The position numbers and the translations under genes are program-made. Below are positions 1 through 13,109 of a DNA stretch of 64,000 bases, in pieces. The stretch comes from the human T2T-CHM13v2.0 reference genome, Homo sapiens. The first letter of the stretch is position 1. Every line of letters starts with the position of its first letter. A model generated the notes under the pieces. That model had not been told where the DNA came from and ran no database searches. It saw only the letters and a list, made by a program, of their open reading frames with translations. Where the stretch lies: assembly GCF_009914755.1 (NCBI RefSeq), contig NC_060926.1; one strand, given 5' to 3'.

Positions 1-46
1 TATCCATTTCTTCTAGATTTTCTAGTTTATTTGCGTAGAGGTGTTT

Positions 47-1306
<1,260 letters not shown>

Positions 1307-1354
1307 TTATTTTGCTCGTTAGTTGATGCAGTTTCGTCCTAGTCTTGATGGTCT

Positions 1355-2353
1355 TTACATTTTGGCATGATTTTGCAGCGGCTGGTACCGGTTGTTCCTT
1401 TCCATGTTTAGCGCTTCCTTCAGGAGCTCTTTTAGGGCAGGCCTGGTGGTGACAAAATCTCTCAGCATTTGCTTGTCTGTAAAGGATTTTATTTCTCCTT
1501 CACTTATGAAGCTTAGTTTGGCTGGATATGAAATTCTGGGTTGAAAATTCTTTTCTTTAAGAATGTTGAATATTGGCCCCCACTCTCTTCTGGCTTGTAG
1601 GGTTTCTGCCGAGAGATCCGCTGTTAGTCTGATGGGCTTCCCTTTGTGGGTAACCCGACCTTTCTCTCTGGCTGCCCTTAACATTTTTTCCTTCATTTCA
1701 ACTTTGGTGAATCTGACAATTATGTGTCTTGGAGTTGCTCTTCTCGAGGAGTATCTTTGTGGCGTTCTCTGTATTTCCTGAATCTGAATGTTGGCCTGCC
1801 TTGCTAGATTGGGGAAGTTCTCCTGGATAATATCCTGCAGAGTGTTTTCCAGCTTGGTTCCATTCTCCCCATCACTTTCAGGTACACCAATGAGACGTAG
1901 ATTTGGTCTTTTCACATAGTCCCATATTTCTTGGAGGCTTTGCTCATTTCTTTTTATTCTTTTTTCTCTAAACTTCCCTTCTCGCTTCATTTCATTCATT
2001 TCATCTTCCATCGCTGATACCCTTTCTTCCAGTTGATCACATGGGCTCCTGACGCTTCTGCATTCTTCACGTAGTTCTCGAGCCTTGGTTTTCAGCTCCA
2101 TCAGCTCCTTTAAGCACTTCTCTGTATTGGTTATTCTAGTTATACATTCTTCTAAATTTTTTTCAAAGTTTTCAACTTCTTTGCCTTTGGTTTGAATGTC
2201 CTCCCGTAGCTCAGAGTAATTTGATCGTCTGAAGCCTTCTTCTCTCAGCTCGTCAGTCATTCTCCATCCAGCTTTGTTCCGTTGCTGGTGAGGAACTGTG
2301 TTCCTTTGGAGGAGGAGAGGCGCTCTAGTTTTTCTGTTCTGTTTTTTCCCCAT
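1355..2353 (-). CDS. ORF1: L1 ORF1p (RNA-binding chaperone: coiled coil, RRM, CTD), 332 aa with an altered N-terminal segment
   Basis: MGKKQNRKT...REKRIKRNEQSLQEIWDYVKRPNLRLIG...ARREW...YPAKLSF...QNHAKM. The frame is open end to end; residues ~10-33 are read in an alternative frame. Confidence 0.93.
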   Translation of the reverse strand: MGKKQNRKTRAPLLLQRNTVPHQQRNKAGWRMTDELREEGFRRSNYSELREDIQTKGKEVENFEKNLEECITRITNTEKCLKELMELKTKARELREECRSVRSPCDQLEERVSAMEDEMNEMKREGKFREKRIKRNEQSLQEIWDYVKRPNLRLIGVPESDGENGTKLENTLQDIIQENFPNLARQANIQIQEIQRTPQRYSSRRATPRHIIVRFTKVEMKEKMLRAAREKGRVTHKGKPIRLTADLSAETLQARREWGPIFNILKEKNFQPRISYPAKLSFISEGEIKSFTDKQMLRDFVTTRPALKELLKEALNMERNNRYQPLQNHAKM

Positions 2354-3261
2354 CTTTGTGGTTTTATCTACTTTTGGTCTTTGATGATGGTGATGTACAG
2401 ATGGGTTTTTGGTGTGGATGTCCTTTCTGTTTGTTAGTTTTCCTTCTAACAGAAAGGACCCTCAGCTGCAGGTCTGTTGGAATACCCTGCCGTGTGAGGT
2501 GTCAGTGTGCCCCTGCTGGGGGGTGCCTCCCAGTTAGGCTGCTCGGGGGTCAGGGGTCAGGGGTCAGGGACCCACTTGAGCAGACAGTCTGCCCGTTCTC
2601 AGATCTCCAGCTGTGTGCTGGGAGAACCACTGCTCTCTTCAAAGCTGTCAGACAGGGACATTTAAGTCTGCAAAGGTTACTGCTGTCTTTTTGTTTGTCT
2701 GTGCCCTGCCCCCAGAGGTGGAGCCTACAGAGGCAGGCAGGCCTCCTTGAGCTGTGGTGGGCTCCACCCAGTTCGAGCTTCCCAGCTGCTTTGTTTACCT
2801 AATCAAGCCTGGGCAATGGCCGGCGCCCCTCCCCCAGCCTCGCTGCCGCCTTGCAGTTTGATCTCAGACTGCTGTGCTAGCAATCAGGAAGACTCTGTGG
2901 GTGTGGGACCCTCCGAGCCAGGTGCGGGATGTAATCTCGTGGTGCGCCGTTTTTTAAGCCCGTCGGAAAAGCGCAGTATTCGGGTGGGAGTGACCCGATT
3001 TTCCAGGTGCCGTCCATCACCCCTTTTTTTGACTCGGAAAGGGAACTCCCTGACCCCTTATGCTTCCCAAGTGAGGCAATGCCTCGCCCTGCTTCGTCTC
3101 GCGCACGGTGCGCGCTCCCACTGACCTGCGCCCACTGTCTGGCACTCCCTAGTGAGATGAACCCGGTACCTCAGATGGAAATGCAGAAATCACTGTCTTC
3201 TGCGTCGCTCACGCTGGGAGCTGTATACCGGAGCTGTTCCTATTCGGCCATCTTGGCTCCC
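2354..3261 (-). promoter_or_regulatory. L1 5'UTR: internal sense promoter and antisense promoter, CpG-rich, YY1 site intact
   Basis: CpG-rich L1 5'UTR. YY1 motif CAAGATGGCCG at 3245-3255 (minus). Three copies of GGGGTCA at ~2546-2566 where the consensus has two. Confidence 0.85.
2816..3124 (+). CDS. ORF0: L1 antisense ORF0, extended to 102 aa
   Basis: ATG at 2816 gives MAGAPPPASLPPCSLISDCCASNQ...RVGVTRFSRC, the primate L1 ORF0 sequence. The frame runs past the usual ~71-aa stop. Confidence 0.8.
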   Translation: MAGAPPPASLPPCSLISDCCASNQEDSVGVGPSEPGAGCNLVVRRFLSPSEKRSIRVGVTRFSRCRPSPLFLTRKGNSLTPYASQVRQCLALLRLAHGARSH

Positions 3262-3274
3262 AAGATATAAGGTA

Positions 3275-3580
3275 TTTAATTCGACTTTTTTTGGTAGCAA
3301 AACGTGAAAAATCTGAAATTATATCAATGGGGGACTGGTTAAACACATTATGATAAACCCATATGATAAAATAACATGTAGCTCTTAAAAGGAATACGTA
3401 TAATCTCTGTAGATTGATCTGAAGGAATGTCAATAATATATTAAGAGAGAAAGAGCAAGTTACAGAAAAATGTTTAATATTATTCCATTTTAATAAACAA
3501 CCACAACAGAATGACCAAATGAATATCTATATATTCAAATATGTTTGTATGAGCATGAAAAAAATTATGGAGCGATATAC
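3275..3580 (+). mobile_element. Ancient L1ME-type 3' fragment
   Basis: Decayed L1M 3' motifs (atcaatgggggactggttaaacacattatgata...gagaaagagcaagttacagaaaaatg). Confidence 0.55.
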
Positions 3581-3589
3581 ACTGAAGAA

Positions 3590-4401
3590 GTGGTTGCCAA
3601 TTGACTTCTCCTTCAACCATTCTCTCTTTCTTGTTTAGAATTGTAATTACTGGGATGGGTGCGGTGGCTCACGCCTGTAATCCCAGCACTTTGGGAGGCT
3701 GAGGTGGAAGGATCACGAGGTCAGGAGTTCAAGACCAGCCTGTCCAAGATGGTGAAAGCCCATCTCTACTAAAAATACAAAAATATTAGCCAGGTGTGGT
3801 GGCAGGCGCCTGTAATCCCAGCTACTCAGGAGGCTGAGGCAGGAGAATTGTTTGAACCCAGGCAGCAGAGGTTGCAGTGAGCCGAGATAGCACAACTGCA
3901 CTCCAGCCTGGGCGACAAAGCAAGACTGTCTCAAAAAAAAAAAAAAGAATTGTAATTACTTTTTAATCTCTACACAGTGCCACCCATAATAAAAGACTAT
4001 GTTTCCCAGCCTCCCTTGCCATGGGTATGGCCACGTGATTCAGTGTCAGCCAATAAGGTATAGACAAAGTTGTGTGCTTAAAGGGAGACATTCTTTTTAT
4101 TTCCTCTGCCTTTCCTCCTTCTTCTGGCCTGCAATGTGTTTCTGTTGGCTTAAGTTCCAACAGCCAATTTTGGATCATGAGGTGACTTTGAGGATGGCAG
4201 CCATGAACTAGGATAGTGGAACGTAAAGACAGAATCCTGAGTCCCTTATGACACCGTGGAGCCATCATACCTGTCTTGTTATTACACGGGAACATCTGGA
4301 CATCTTTTAGGTGTGGAAGAAATAAGCCTGTGTTGTGTTTAAGTCATTGTTGTCTGGTATATTTCAATTATATGCAACTAAGCCTAATCCTAACTGATAC
4401 A
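3590..4401 (+). mobile_element. MLT1 (ERVL-MaLR) solo LTR, interrupted by an Alu
   Basis: tttcccagcctcccttgc...ggtatggccacgtga, aataagcctgtgttgtgtttaagtca and the terminal cctaactgataca are MLT1-type motifs. Confidence 0.7.
3652..3945 (+). mobile_element. AluS (Sg-like) with 15-bp TSD
   Basis: Full dimer with poly-A; TSD agaattgtaattact at 3637-3651 and 3946-3960. Confidence 0.97.
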
Positions 4402-4619
4402 AATGCCAAATTTAACATTGGTTGTCTCAGGAGAGTGAGACTGGAAGCAAGTATGGTGAAAAAGGAACTAATTTTTTTCTTTATGTTTTCTGATTGTTTT
4501 GTTTTGTTTTTAAAAATAAGTACAAATTACCCTTATAATTTAAAGAATGTATAAACAACTTTACACAATTTAAAAAGGCCTTGCAAATGCACATCATGTG
4601 ATTGATATTAGGTTTGGGA

Positions 4620-4750
4620 ACCTTCGCTCTCATTTTACAGATTAGAAAACTGAGGCCTAAAATATGAACTCACTGTTCATTCAGTGAGTCAGAAGTGGGA
4701 TTAGAACTGGAAGCCAAATCCTTGAACTCCCAGTCCAGTGCTCTTCCTCT
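4620..4750 (-). mobile_element. MIR fragment
   Basis: cattttacagattagaaaactgaggc is the MIR core. Confidence 0.7.
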
Positions 4751-5112
4751 CATATCATAACAGAAAATATTTTAAAATATGAGGCCTTGAGAAATCCTGT
4801 GGTTGGCAGAAACAAAGTAGAAATAGCCAGGTTTGTGATAGGTTTCAGGCTTGCCTGTGATATCCAAGTGGCTTATTCAAAAGAGGTAAAAAGCAGGTTT
4901 GAATCTAGATGAACTAACAGTTTTGTTCTAGAACCTTTTCTATGTAAGACTTGGTATTGTTTTAAGTAACTAAAAGCTGTCTAGTAATTTAGATATGTGA
5001 CAAGCTTCAAATTAGAAATCTTTTGTTTTCAGACTTATTTGTCGCTGCAAAAATATTAACATTCCAGCCAAAACCTGAAATGAGGACTTACTTCACTCTT
5101 CACTAAAGGAAT

Positions 5113-7092
5113 ACTTTATTATTTTATTTTATTTATTTTATTTTCAACTCTTAATTTAGATTCAGAGGGTACATGTGCAGGTTTGTTACATGGGTATATT
5201 GCATGATGCTGAGCTTTGGGGTATGAAACGGAGCATAATACACAACAGTTAGTTCAATCCTTGCCTCACTCTCTCTCTTCCCACCTAGTAGTCCCTAGTG
5301 TCTATTGTTGCCATTGTTATGCCCATGAGTATCTAGATTTAGCTCTCACTTATAAGTGAGAACATACAGTATTTGGTTTTCTGTTCCTGCGTTAATTTTT
5401 TTAGGATAATGGCCTATGGCTGCATCCATGTTGCTGCAAAAAATAGGATTTTGTTCTTTTTATGGCTGTGTAGTATTCTTTGGTGTATATGTATCACATT
5501 TTCTTTACCCAGTCCACCACTGATGGTCACCTAGGGTTCATTCTGTGTCTTTTTTATTGTGAATAGTGCTTTGAAGAACATGTGAGTGCATATGACTCTT
5601 TGGTCAATGATTTATTTTCTTTTGGATATGTACCCAGTAAGGTAGTTCTGTTTTAAGTTATTTGAGAAATCCCCAAATGGCTTTCCACAGTGGCTGAACT
5701 AATTTACATTCACACCAACAGTGTATAAGCCTTCCCTTTTTTCTGCAGCCTCGCCAACATCTGTTGGTTTTTGGCTTTTTAATAATAAGCATTTTTACTC
5801 GTGTGAGATGGTATCTTGTGGTTTTGATTTGCATTTCTCCAATAATTAGTGACGTGGAGCATTTTTATATATGTCTGTTAGTCACTTGTATATCTTCTTT
5901 TGAGAAGTGTCTGTTCACGTCTTGCTCACTTTTTAATGAAGCTATTTGTTTTTTGCTTGTTGAATTGTTTAAGTTCTGTATAGATTCTGAATATTAGGCC
6001 TTTTTCAGATGCATAGTTTGCAAATATTTTCTCCAATTGTTTAGGTTGTCTGTTTACTCTGTTGATAGTTTCTTTTGCTGTGAAGGTCTTTAGTTTAATT
6101 AGATCCTACTTACTGAATTTTTGTTTTTGTTGCAATTGCTTTTGAGGGCTTAGTCATAAATTCTTTTCCAAGGCCAACATCCAGAGTGGTGTTTCCTAGG
6201 TTTTCTTCTAGCATTCTTGTAGTTTGAGGTCTTACATTTAAATCTGTAATCCATCTTGAGTTAAATTTTGTATATACTGAAAGGTAGGAGTTCAGTTTCA
6301 TTCTTATGCATATGGCTAGCCAGCTATCACAGCAACATTTATTAAATAGGGAGTTCTTTCTCCATTGTTTATTTTTGTTGACTTTGTCACAGATTAGATG
6401 GCTGTAGGTGTGCACCTTTATTTCTGGGTTCTTTATTCTGTTCCATTGATCTATGTGTCTGTTTTTGTACCAGTACCATGCTATTTTGGTTACTGTATTT
6501 TTTTTTTTTTTTTTTTTGAGACAGAGTCTCACTCTGTCACCCAGGCTGGAGTGCAGTGGCACAATCTCGGCTCACTGCAACCTCCACCTCCTGGGTTCAA
6601 GCAATTCTCTGCCTCAGCCTTCCGAGTAGCTGGGATTACAGACGCCCGCCACCATGCCCGGCTAATTTTTTTGTATTTTTAGTAGAGATGGGGTTTCATC
6701 ATCTTGGCCAGACTTGTCTTGAACTCCTGACCTCATGATCCACCCGCCTCAGCCTCTGAAAGTGCTGGGATTATAGGCGTGAGCCACTGTGCCTGGCCTA
6801 CTATATTCTTATAGTATAGTTTGAAGTCAGGTGATGCCTCCCAGCTTTCTTCTTTTTGCTTAGGATTGCTTTGGGTATTTGAGCTCTTTTTTGGTTCCTT
6901 ATGAATTTTTGAATAGCTTTTTCCAATTCTGTGAAAAATGACATTGGTACTTAGAAACAGCGTTGAATCTGTAGGTGTTGTGGGTGGTAGGGCCATTTTA
7001 ACTATATGTTTCTTCCAATCCACGAGCATGGAATATTTTTGCATTTGTTTGTGTCATCTATGATTTCTTTTAGCAGTGTTTTGTAGTTCTTG
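5113..7092 (-). mobile_element. 5'-truncated L1PA13-16-type element with TSD; contains a nested Alu
   Basis: T-rich tail, L1 3'UTR (gggtacatgtgcaggtttgttacatgggtata) and ORF2 C-terminal remnants ([16 protein letters not shown]); TSD actaaaggaat at 5102-5112 and 7093-7103. Confidence 0.9.
6498..6798 (-). mobile_element. AluS nested in L1
   Basis: Full Alu dimer with poly-T; flanked by tactgtatt/tactatatt. Confidence 0.96.
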
Positions 7093-7141
7093 ACTAAAGG
7101 AATTTTTACGTTCTTAAATATGAACATACAGATAAAATTAG

Positions 7142-7210
7142 ACATCTAAACAGTAGGATATAAATTAAACATCTAAACAGTAGGATATAAATTAAATATA
7201 AATTAAACAG
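7142..7210. repeat. 27-bp tandem duplication plus a partial third copy
   Basis: acatctaaacagtaggatataaattaa occurs at 7142-7168 and 7169-7195, followed by atataaattaaacag. Confidence 0.9.
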
Positions 7211-7249
7211 AAGGTTTTTTTTTTAAGCACTTAAAAAAGAAAATGCAGT

Positions 7250-7900
7250 CTTCTCTCTTTCCCTAAGATAGAAGTTGGCTTAGGGTCATAATTTTTAACC
7301 ATGACTTCCTACACATTTCTAAAGTTTTATTTTGTTCTCAGTAGATTTTAGCTTTCATAATATGATTCTTGTAATGTTCTTTTGTTCAACCATAGAAACT
7401 TAAGAAAAAGGTAAGACTATTTGAAGATTAAAATATAAAAATAAAGATAAAAATCATTTCAGTTCATTCAAATTCATTGCCTTTAATCACATGTTAATTA
7501 CTATTTCCTACTGTGAACAAATGGATGGTCAGACTTCAGTACTACACTACTTCTTTACTAATTCAGCCATCTCTCATTGTCATGCCTCTTGTACATTTTT
7601 ATCATAGAATTGATAAAAGGTTGTGTACAAACTCTTCAGCACTTTTTCACATCTTCAGCTCAAAATATATAAATAAAAGATAGGTTTATTTCCTAAATAT
7701 TGACTTTTCCTAAGTTTTGCTTTCATATACAAAGATGCCAAGAATTGCATATGCATCATTACAAACCGTTTTTAATTGTTACTTTGTTGAAATCGAGCCC
7801 TCCTCATCTACTATCATGAAGAAAGAGCTTGCTTCATTATTTATTTTCTATCATTCTGGAAAATGGAACTAGCTAAACTTCATTGTTACCAATGCAAGAT
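7250..7900 (-). pseudogene. Decayed hAT (Tip100-like) transposase remnant
   Basis: Minus-strand frames give SIFQND, EASSFFMIVDEEGSISTK*QL, YFELKM*KSAEEFVHNLLSIL, HDN...SSV...DHPFVH and KTLEMCRKSW, in the order expected for hAT transposases. Confidence 0.55.
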
Positions 7901-8310
7901 CAATATCATGTATTCTATAGAGTTAAAAAATATGTACTGTACTTATAATTCTTCTTATTTTCTCTAAAATGTAATCAGCTTCTTAATAAACTAAGAAGCT
8001 TGGACCATTAAGATCTGAGTGTTTGGTGACACTTCAACATTTCAGGGAACACGTGTTGCTAATGGCCTTTCTACTCATCTCCGTTCACTCACATGCATAC
8101 CTGTGGACAGAGCACATATCGAATCTGAGTACCAAACACCAGAGCCAATTTACAGCAGGTGATAAGGAAGCAGCCTTACCTCTAGGAGCAGTTCATTTTT
8201 CAGTGCAAAGGCAAAGTGTTTAGTAGGTATTTTATAGGTCATATATCCAATACACCATAAGACATCTGTAGTTGCTCAAACTAAAAGTCCTTCACTAGAG
8301 ATGAATTCAC

Positions 8311-8312
<2 letters not shown>

Positions 8313-8344
<32 letters not shown>
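8313..8344. repeat. (TG)n microsatellite
   Basis: About 16 TG units seen directly. Confidence 0.95.
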
Positions 8345-8347
<3 letters not shown>

Positions 8348-8469
8348 ATGTGTATGTGCACAAAAGAGTTCTCAGCAGAATCTTCTTTGGGAATTTTACA
8401 GGAAATTGTTTTGGTGGCTAGCTTTGCACACACTATGTGATGTTCACGGGAGCAACATACTAGCTGTTT

Positions 8470-8665
8470 TTGGTGCTGAGTTCTGGCCCAAACGTGTAAC
8501 CTGTGTGATCTTGTCCCATTCTCTTCACCTCTCTGGCCTCGAGTTTCTCACGTTTCGAATTGGAATGGCAACACATCCTTCACATAGCTCATAGGATTGT
8601 TTGGCAGTCCGAATAAATGTGATCAAGTCCTCTAAAAATTAGATAGCACTATGAAATCTGATGTG
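8470..8665 (+). mobile_element. MIR fragment
   Basis: ctgtgtgatcttg...cacctctctggcctcgagtttctca...tcacatagctcataggatt. Confidence 0.6.
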
Positions 8666-11378
8666 CTCTTATCACTCCTTCTTCAAGGACAGACTTAGCA
8701 AGAGAAAGTAAACTCCTTGTCCATTGCTTGACAAGATCACCATATAACTATTTCAGAGTAATCTCTTAAGCAAGGAGGGTGAGTCATAAAACAAAAGGTT
8801 TTCATTAAATCATATTTGGGAAAATAAAACAGGCCCATAATTTTATAGCCTCCCTCTGTGCCAAAGACACTGTTTCCACAGACAGCAGAAAAGAATGAAA
8901 AGAATGTGAGTGGCCCTGGCAAGCCTTGGTCACCATCCCAACAGGCCCTGAGAGGCTGTCCCAGACCCTGGGTGGAATGTGTCACTGCTCTCCCTAGCCC
9001 ACGTAGTGAATCGCCACATTGTATAGTGTTCAACAGTTTTTACATTAATAAAATAAAAATTAAGTTTCCTGGGCTTGTATGGTTTATCACAGTAAGTCTG
9101 TGTTAATATTTCCTAATCATAGTGACCTCAGCCTGCCAGAATGCACAGGCCCCTAATCCTCACTGTAATGTTTTCTCATTAGCTACGCAGCATTGCCACA
9201 CCAGTGGCAGCGACCAAGCACTGCCTCAGGCACCACTGGAATTAATTACTTAGAAGAAACACTGCTGTTTTGAATTGTCATCTTGAATTTATCACTTGCC
9301 ACTTAATGTAACTCATCTGACCTAATACCTCCATTGTGTCACCAGAGGCCTTGGCATGGGTTTCACCAGGGTAATAGCAGTGGGGTTCTGTATACCTAAT
9401 GTGGCTGAGACGCCAAACACACAGCTGCTGGAGGCCTGGTTAAAATCCTACCCTGGAGGCGATGCATGCTAACAATGCCCCTAGCAAATTGCAGATTACC
9501 CATACGTCATGTTCCATCTGAAGCTAAGAGTGATTCAAAGGTAGGCCCAATACATCTCATTTCTGCTGCTTGGAGAAGATAATCTTTCATTTCTTTGGAT
9601 GTAACAGCCCTCCCCATTTGTTTCTCTCTTGCTTTGCTTTTGAACATAATGAAACTGGCTATTCATGTATGGAAGGAAAAGTGGCTCTGGGGGGACCTGC
9701 AGTGCTAGGTCTGGGGCCTTTTTCTTATAAATTCTGAAGAAATTGCTCATTAAATTACTCACACAAAGAAATACAATTTCACCATAGGTTATGTTACCCC
9801 AGGAATTGGGACAAAATTGTAACCCAAGTTGGAATCTGTGCTGTACTTTTGCAGGGCTACATTTTGTCCTGCACTTATGAGGTTGATTCTGCATTAGCTA
9901 TTGAAAAATGCACATTTAATAAGGGAATTCATGATTTGGTTATTTTCATTAAGCCTGAGAAATTATTTCAGTATGAAAAACAAGCTTTGACACACACTCT
10001 GAACAATAGTCTAATCAAATTTTTCATCTACGAAAACCACACACTTGAAACCAACATTTTTCAAATTTTCTGCCCGTTTTGGATTTACCCAAATGTAATT
10101 ATTTCCATTGAAAATTTAGTCTTCTAGTTCTGCTATAGCTTTTATTTCAAAACATGATATATACATGCATGCATGCAGTATGTGCATATGTACGTTTAAA
10201 TGCTTAGCTTCTAGAAGCTTATAGACATAATACCATAATGTAAGACCAAAGCATGAAAATCCTACTGATGAGATAATAAATAAAATAGATTTACTTTAAT
10301 AATGACAATTCCCAGTGTATTTCATAGATAAAAACATTTCCTTTGGTTACCACACTCTATACCATGCATAGTAAACTTTGGGAGATGTATAATGCAATAT
10401 AAACATTAATAGTTACACAATTGTGTTGTTTTAGAAAGACTATTTATAGAGAAAATACAAAATGCCTCCCCATAGTATACTTAGACCTAAGCCACCATAA
10501 TCTTCCTGCTCATACAGCAGGAAATCTAATACACCAGTTCAATAAACCTATAGGAAACAAAGGTTTTATGTAGCATTAAGTGTCACAATATTAAAATGCC
10601 CATATTACTTTCAATTGCTCTTATAAGCCTCTTTTTAACCATCCAGAAAGTTGAATGCCATTATGAGAAGAATATTGTCTTATGTAGTAAAGGACAAAGA
10701 AGGTGAAATAAAAACATTACTCCTTTACCTGTGTTTATCTCTGATCTTAATAGCATTGGTGCTTTTACACAAAAGGCTCTCTTCTTCAAACTCTCCTATT
10801 TCATACCTTTTTGTGTTGTTAGATTATGTTCTGTCAAAGGTGACATAACATTTAAAAGGGTGTCAAAAAGCCTTTACTGTAATGGCAGATCAGCCACATA
10901 ACATCTTTGGGGGTAGGTTTCCTTTCCTGTAAATGTAGTATTGTGTGCTATGAGCTCTTGAGACTATAATTAGAAACCGTAAAGCTCTTTCAAAATACCA
11001 AGTCCTTCATTCCAAGAATGCTCATTACAAATGGTAATATAGCAACAACAAAGATCACCACCCCCAGAAGTGTAAGTTTCCCCCAAACAGAGACAGTCGT
11101 TTTTGTGAGTTTTGCAGAGTGTCTAGCACTCTGTAGCTGCCTAATTAATACCTAATGACAATGATGAACCACTTGTGATATTCAGCTAACTAACTGGGGT
11201 CTTATAGTACCTTGAAAGTTTCAACTTAATGGCCATTAAAATATAGTATCTTGTATTTTCTATTACACCTGCCAACTCCCCAAACTTTCTGCAAACAGAA
11301 ATTCATTAACTGAAATTCTTTAATGAAATATTAATAGTACAAAAGTACATTTTGAAGACTTATGAAATACCCAGGGTC

Positions 11379-13109
11379 TTTTTGCTTAGGATTGTCTTGG
11401 CTATATGGGCTCTTTTTTGGTTCCATATGAAATTTAAAGTAGTTCTTTCTAATTCTGTGAAGAAAGTCAATGGTAGCTTGATGGGAATGGCATTGAATCT
11501 ATAAATTAATTTGGGCAGTATGGCCATTTTCACAATAATCATTCTTCCTATCCATGAGCATGGAATGTTTTTCCATTTGTTTGTGTCCTCTCTTGTTTCC
11601 TTGAGCAGTGGTTAGTAGTTCTCCTTGAAGAGGTCCTTCACATCCCTTGTAAGTTGTATCCAAAGCTGGAGGCATCACACTACCTGACTTCAAACTATAC
11701 TACAAGTCTACAGTAACCAAAACCGCATGGTACTGGTTCTAAAACAGATACATAGACCAATGGAACAGAACAGAGGCCTCAGAAATAACACCACATATCT
11801 ACAACCACCTGATCTTTGACAAACCTGACAAAAATAAGCAATGGGGAAAGAATTCCCTATTTAATAAATGGTGTTGGGAAAACTGGCTAGCCATATGCAG
11901 AAAACTGAAACTGGACCCCTTCCTTACACCTTATAAAAAAATTAACTTAAGATGGATTAAAGATTTATACGTAAGACCTAAAGCCATAAAAAGCATAGAA
12001 GAAAACCTAGGCAATATCATTCAGGACATAGGCATGGGCAAAGACTTGATGACTAAAACAACCAAAGCAATGGAAACAAAAGCCAAAATTGACAAATGGG
12101 ATCTAATTAAGCTAAAGAGCTTCTGCACAGCAAAAGAAACTATCATCAGAGTGAACAGGCAACCTACAGAATGGGAGAAAATTTTTGGAATCTATCCATC
12201 TGACAAAGGGCTAATATCCAGCATCTACAAGGAACTTAAACAAATTTACAAGAAAAAAACCACCCCATCAAAAAGTGGGTGAAGGATATGAACAGATACT
12301 CCTCAAAAGAAGACATTTATGTGGCCAACAAACATATGAAAAAAAAGATCATCATCACTGGTCATTAGAGAACTGCAAATCAAAACCACAATGAGATACC
12401 ATCTCATGCCAGTTAGAATGGCAATCATTAAAAAGTCAGGAAACAACAGATGCTGGAGATGTGAAGAAATAGAAATGCTTTTACACTGTTAGTGGGAGTG
12501 TAAATTAGTTCAACCATTGTGGAAAACAGTGTGGAGATTCCTCAAGGATCTAGAACTAGAAACACCATTTGACCCAGCAATCCCATTACTGGGTATATAC
12601 CCAAAGGATTATAAATCATTCTACTATAAAGTCACATGCACATGTATGTTTATTGCAGCACTATTCACAATAGCAAAGACTTGAAACCAACCCAAATGTC
12701 CATCAATGATAGACTGGATAAAGAAAATGTGGCCCTTATACACCATGGAATACTATGCAGCCATAAAAAGGAATGAGTTCATGTCCTTTGCAGGGACATG
12801 GATGAAGCAGGAAACCATCATTCTCAGCAAACTAACACAAGAACAGAAAGCCAAACACTGCATGTTCTCACTCATAAGTGGGAGTTGAACAATGAGAACA
12901 TATGGGCACAGGGAGGGGAACATCACACACCAGGGCCTGTCAGGGGTGGGGAGCAAGGGGAGGGATAGCATTAGGAGAAATACCTAATGTAGATGACGGG
13001 TTGATGAGTACAGCAAACCACAATGGCACATGTATACCTATGTAACAAACCTGCAAGTTCTGCACATGTATCCCAGAACTTAAAGTATTAAAAAAAAAAG
13101 AAAAGAAAA
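11379..13109 (+). mobile_element. L1PA7-like 5'-truncated element with a 5' inversion (11379-11660 inverted), poly-A and 15-bp TSD
   Basis: TSD gaaatacccagggtc at 11364-11378 and 13110-13124. A minus-oriented ORF2 piece is joined at ~11660 to sense caaagctggaggcatcac...; the 3'UTR ends tgtatcccagaacttaaagtat(a)n. Confidence 0.95.

Noticed and set aside
10157-10195. Alternating purine-pyrimidine run with (ATGC)3
   Set aside because: Short and AT-rich; ordinary low-complexity sequence.
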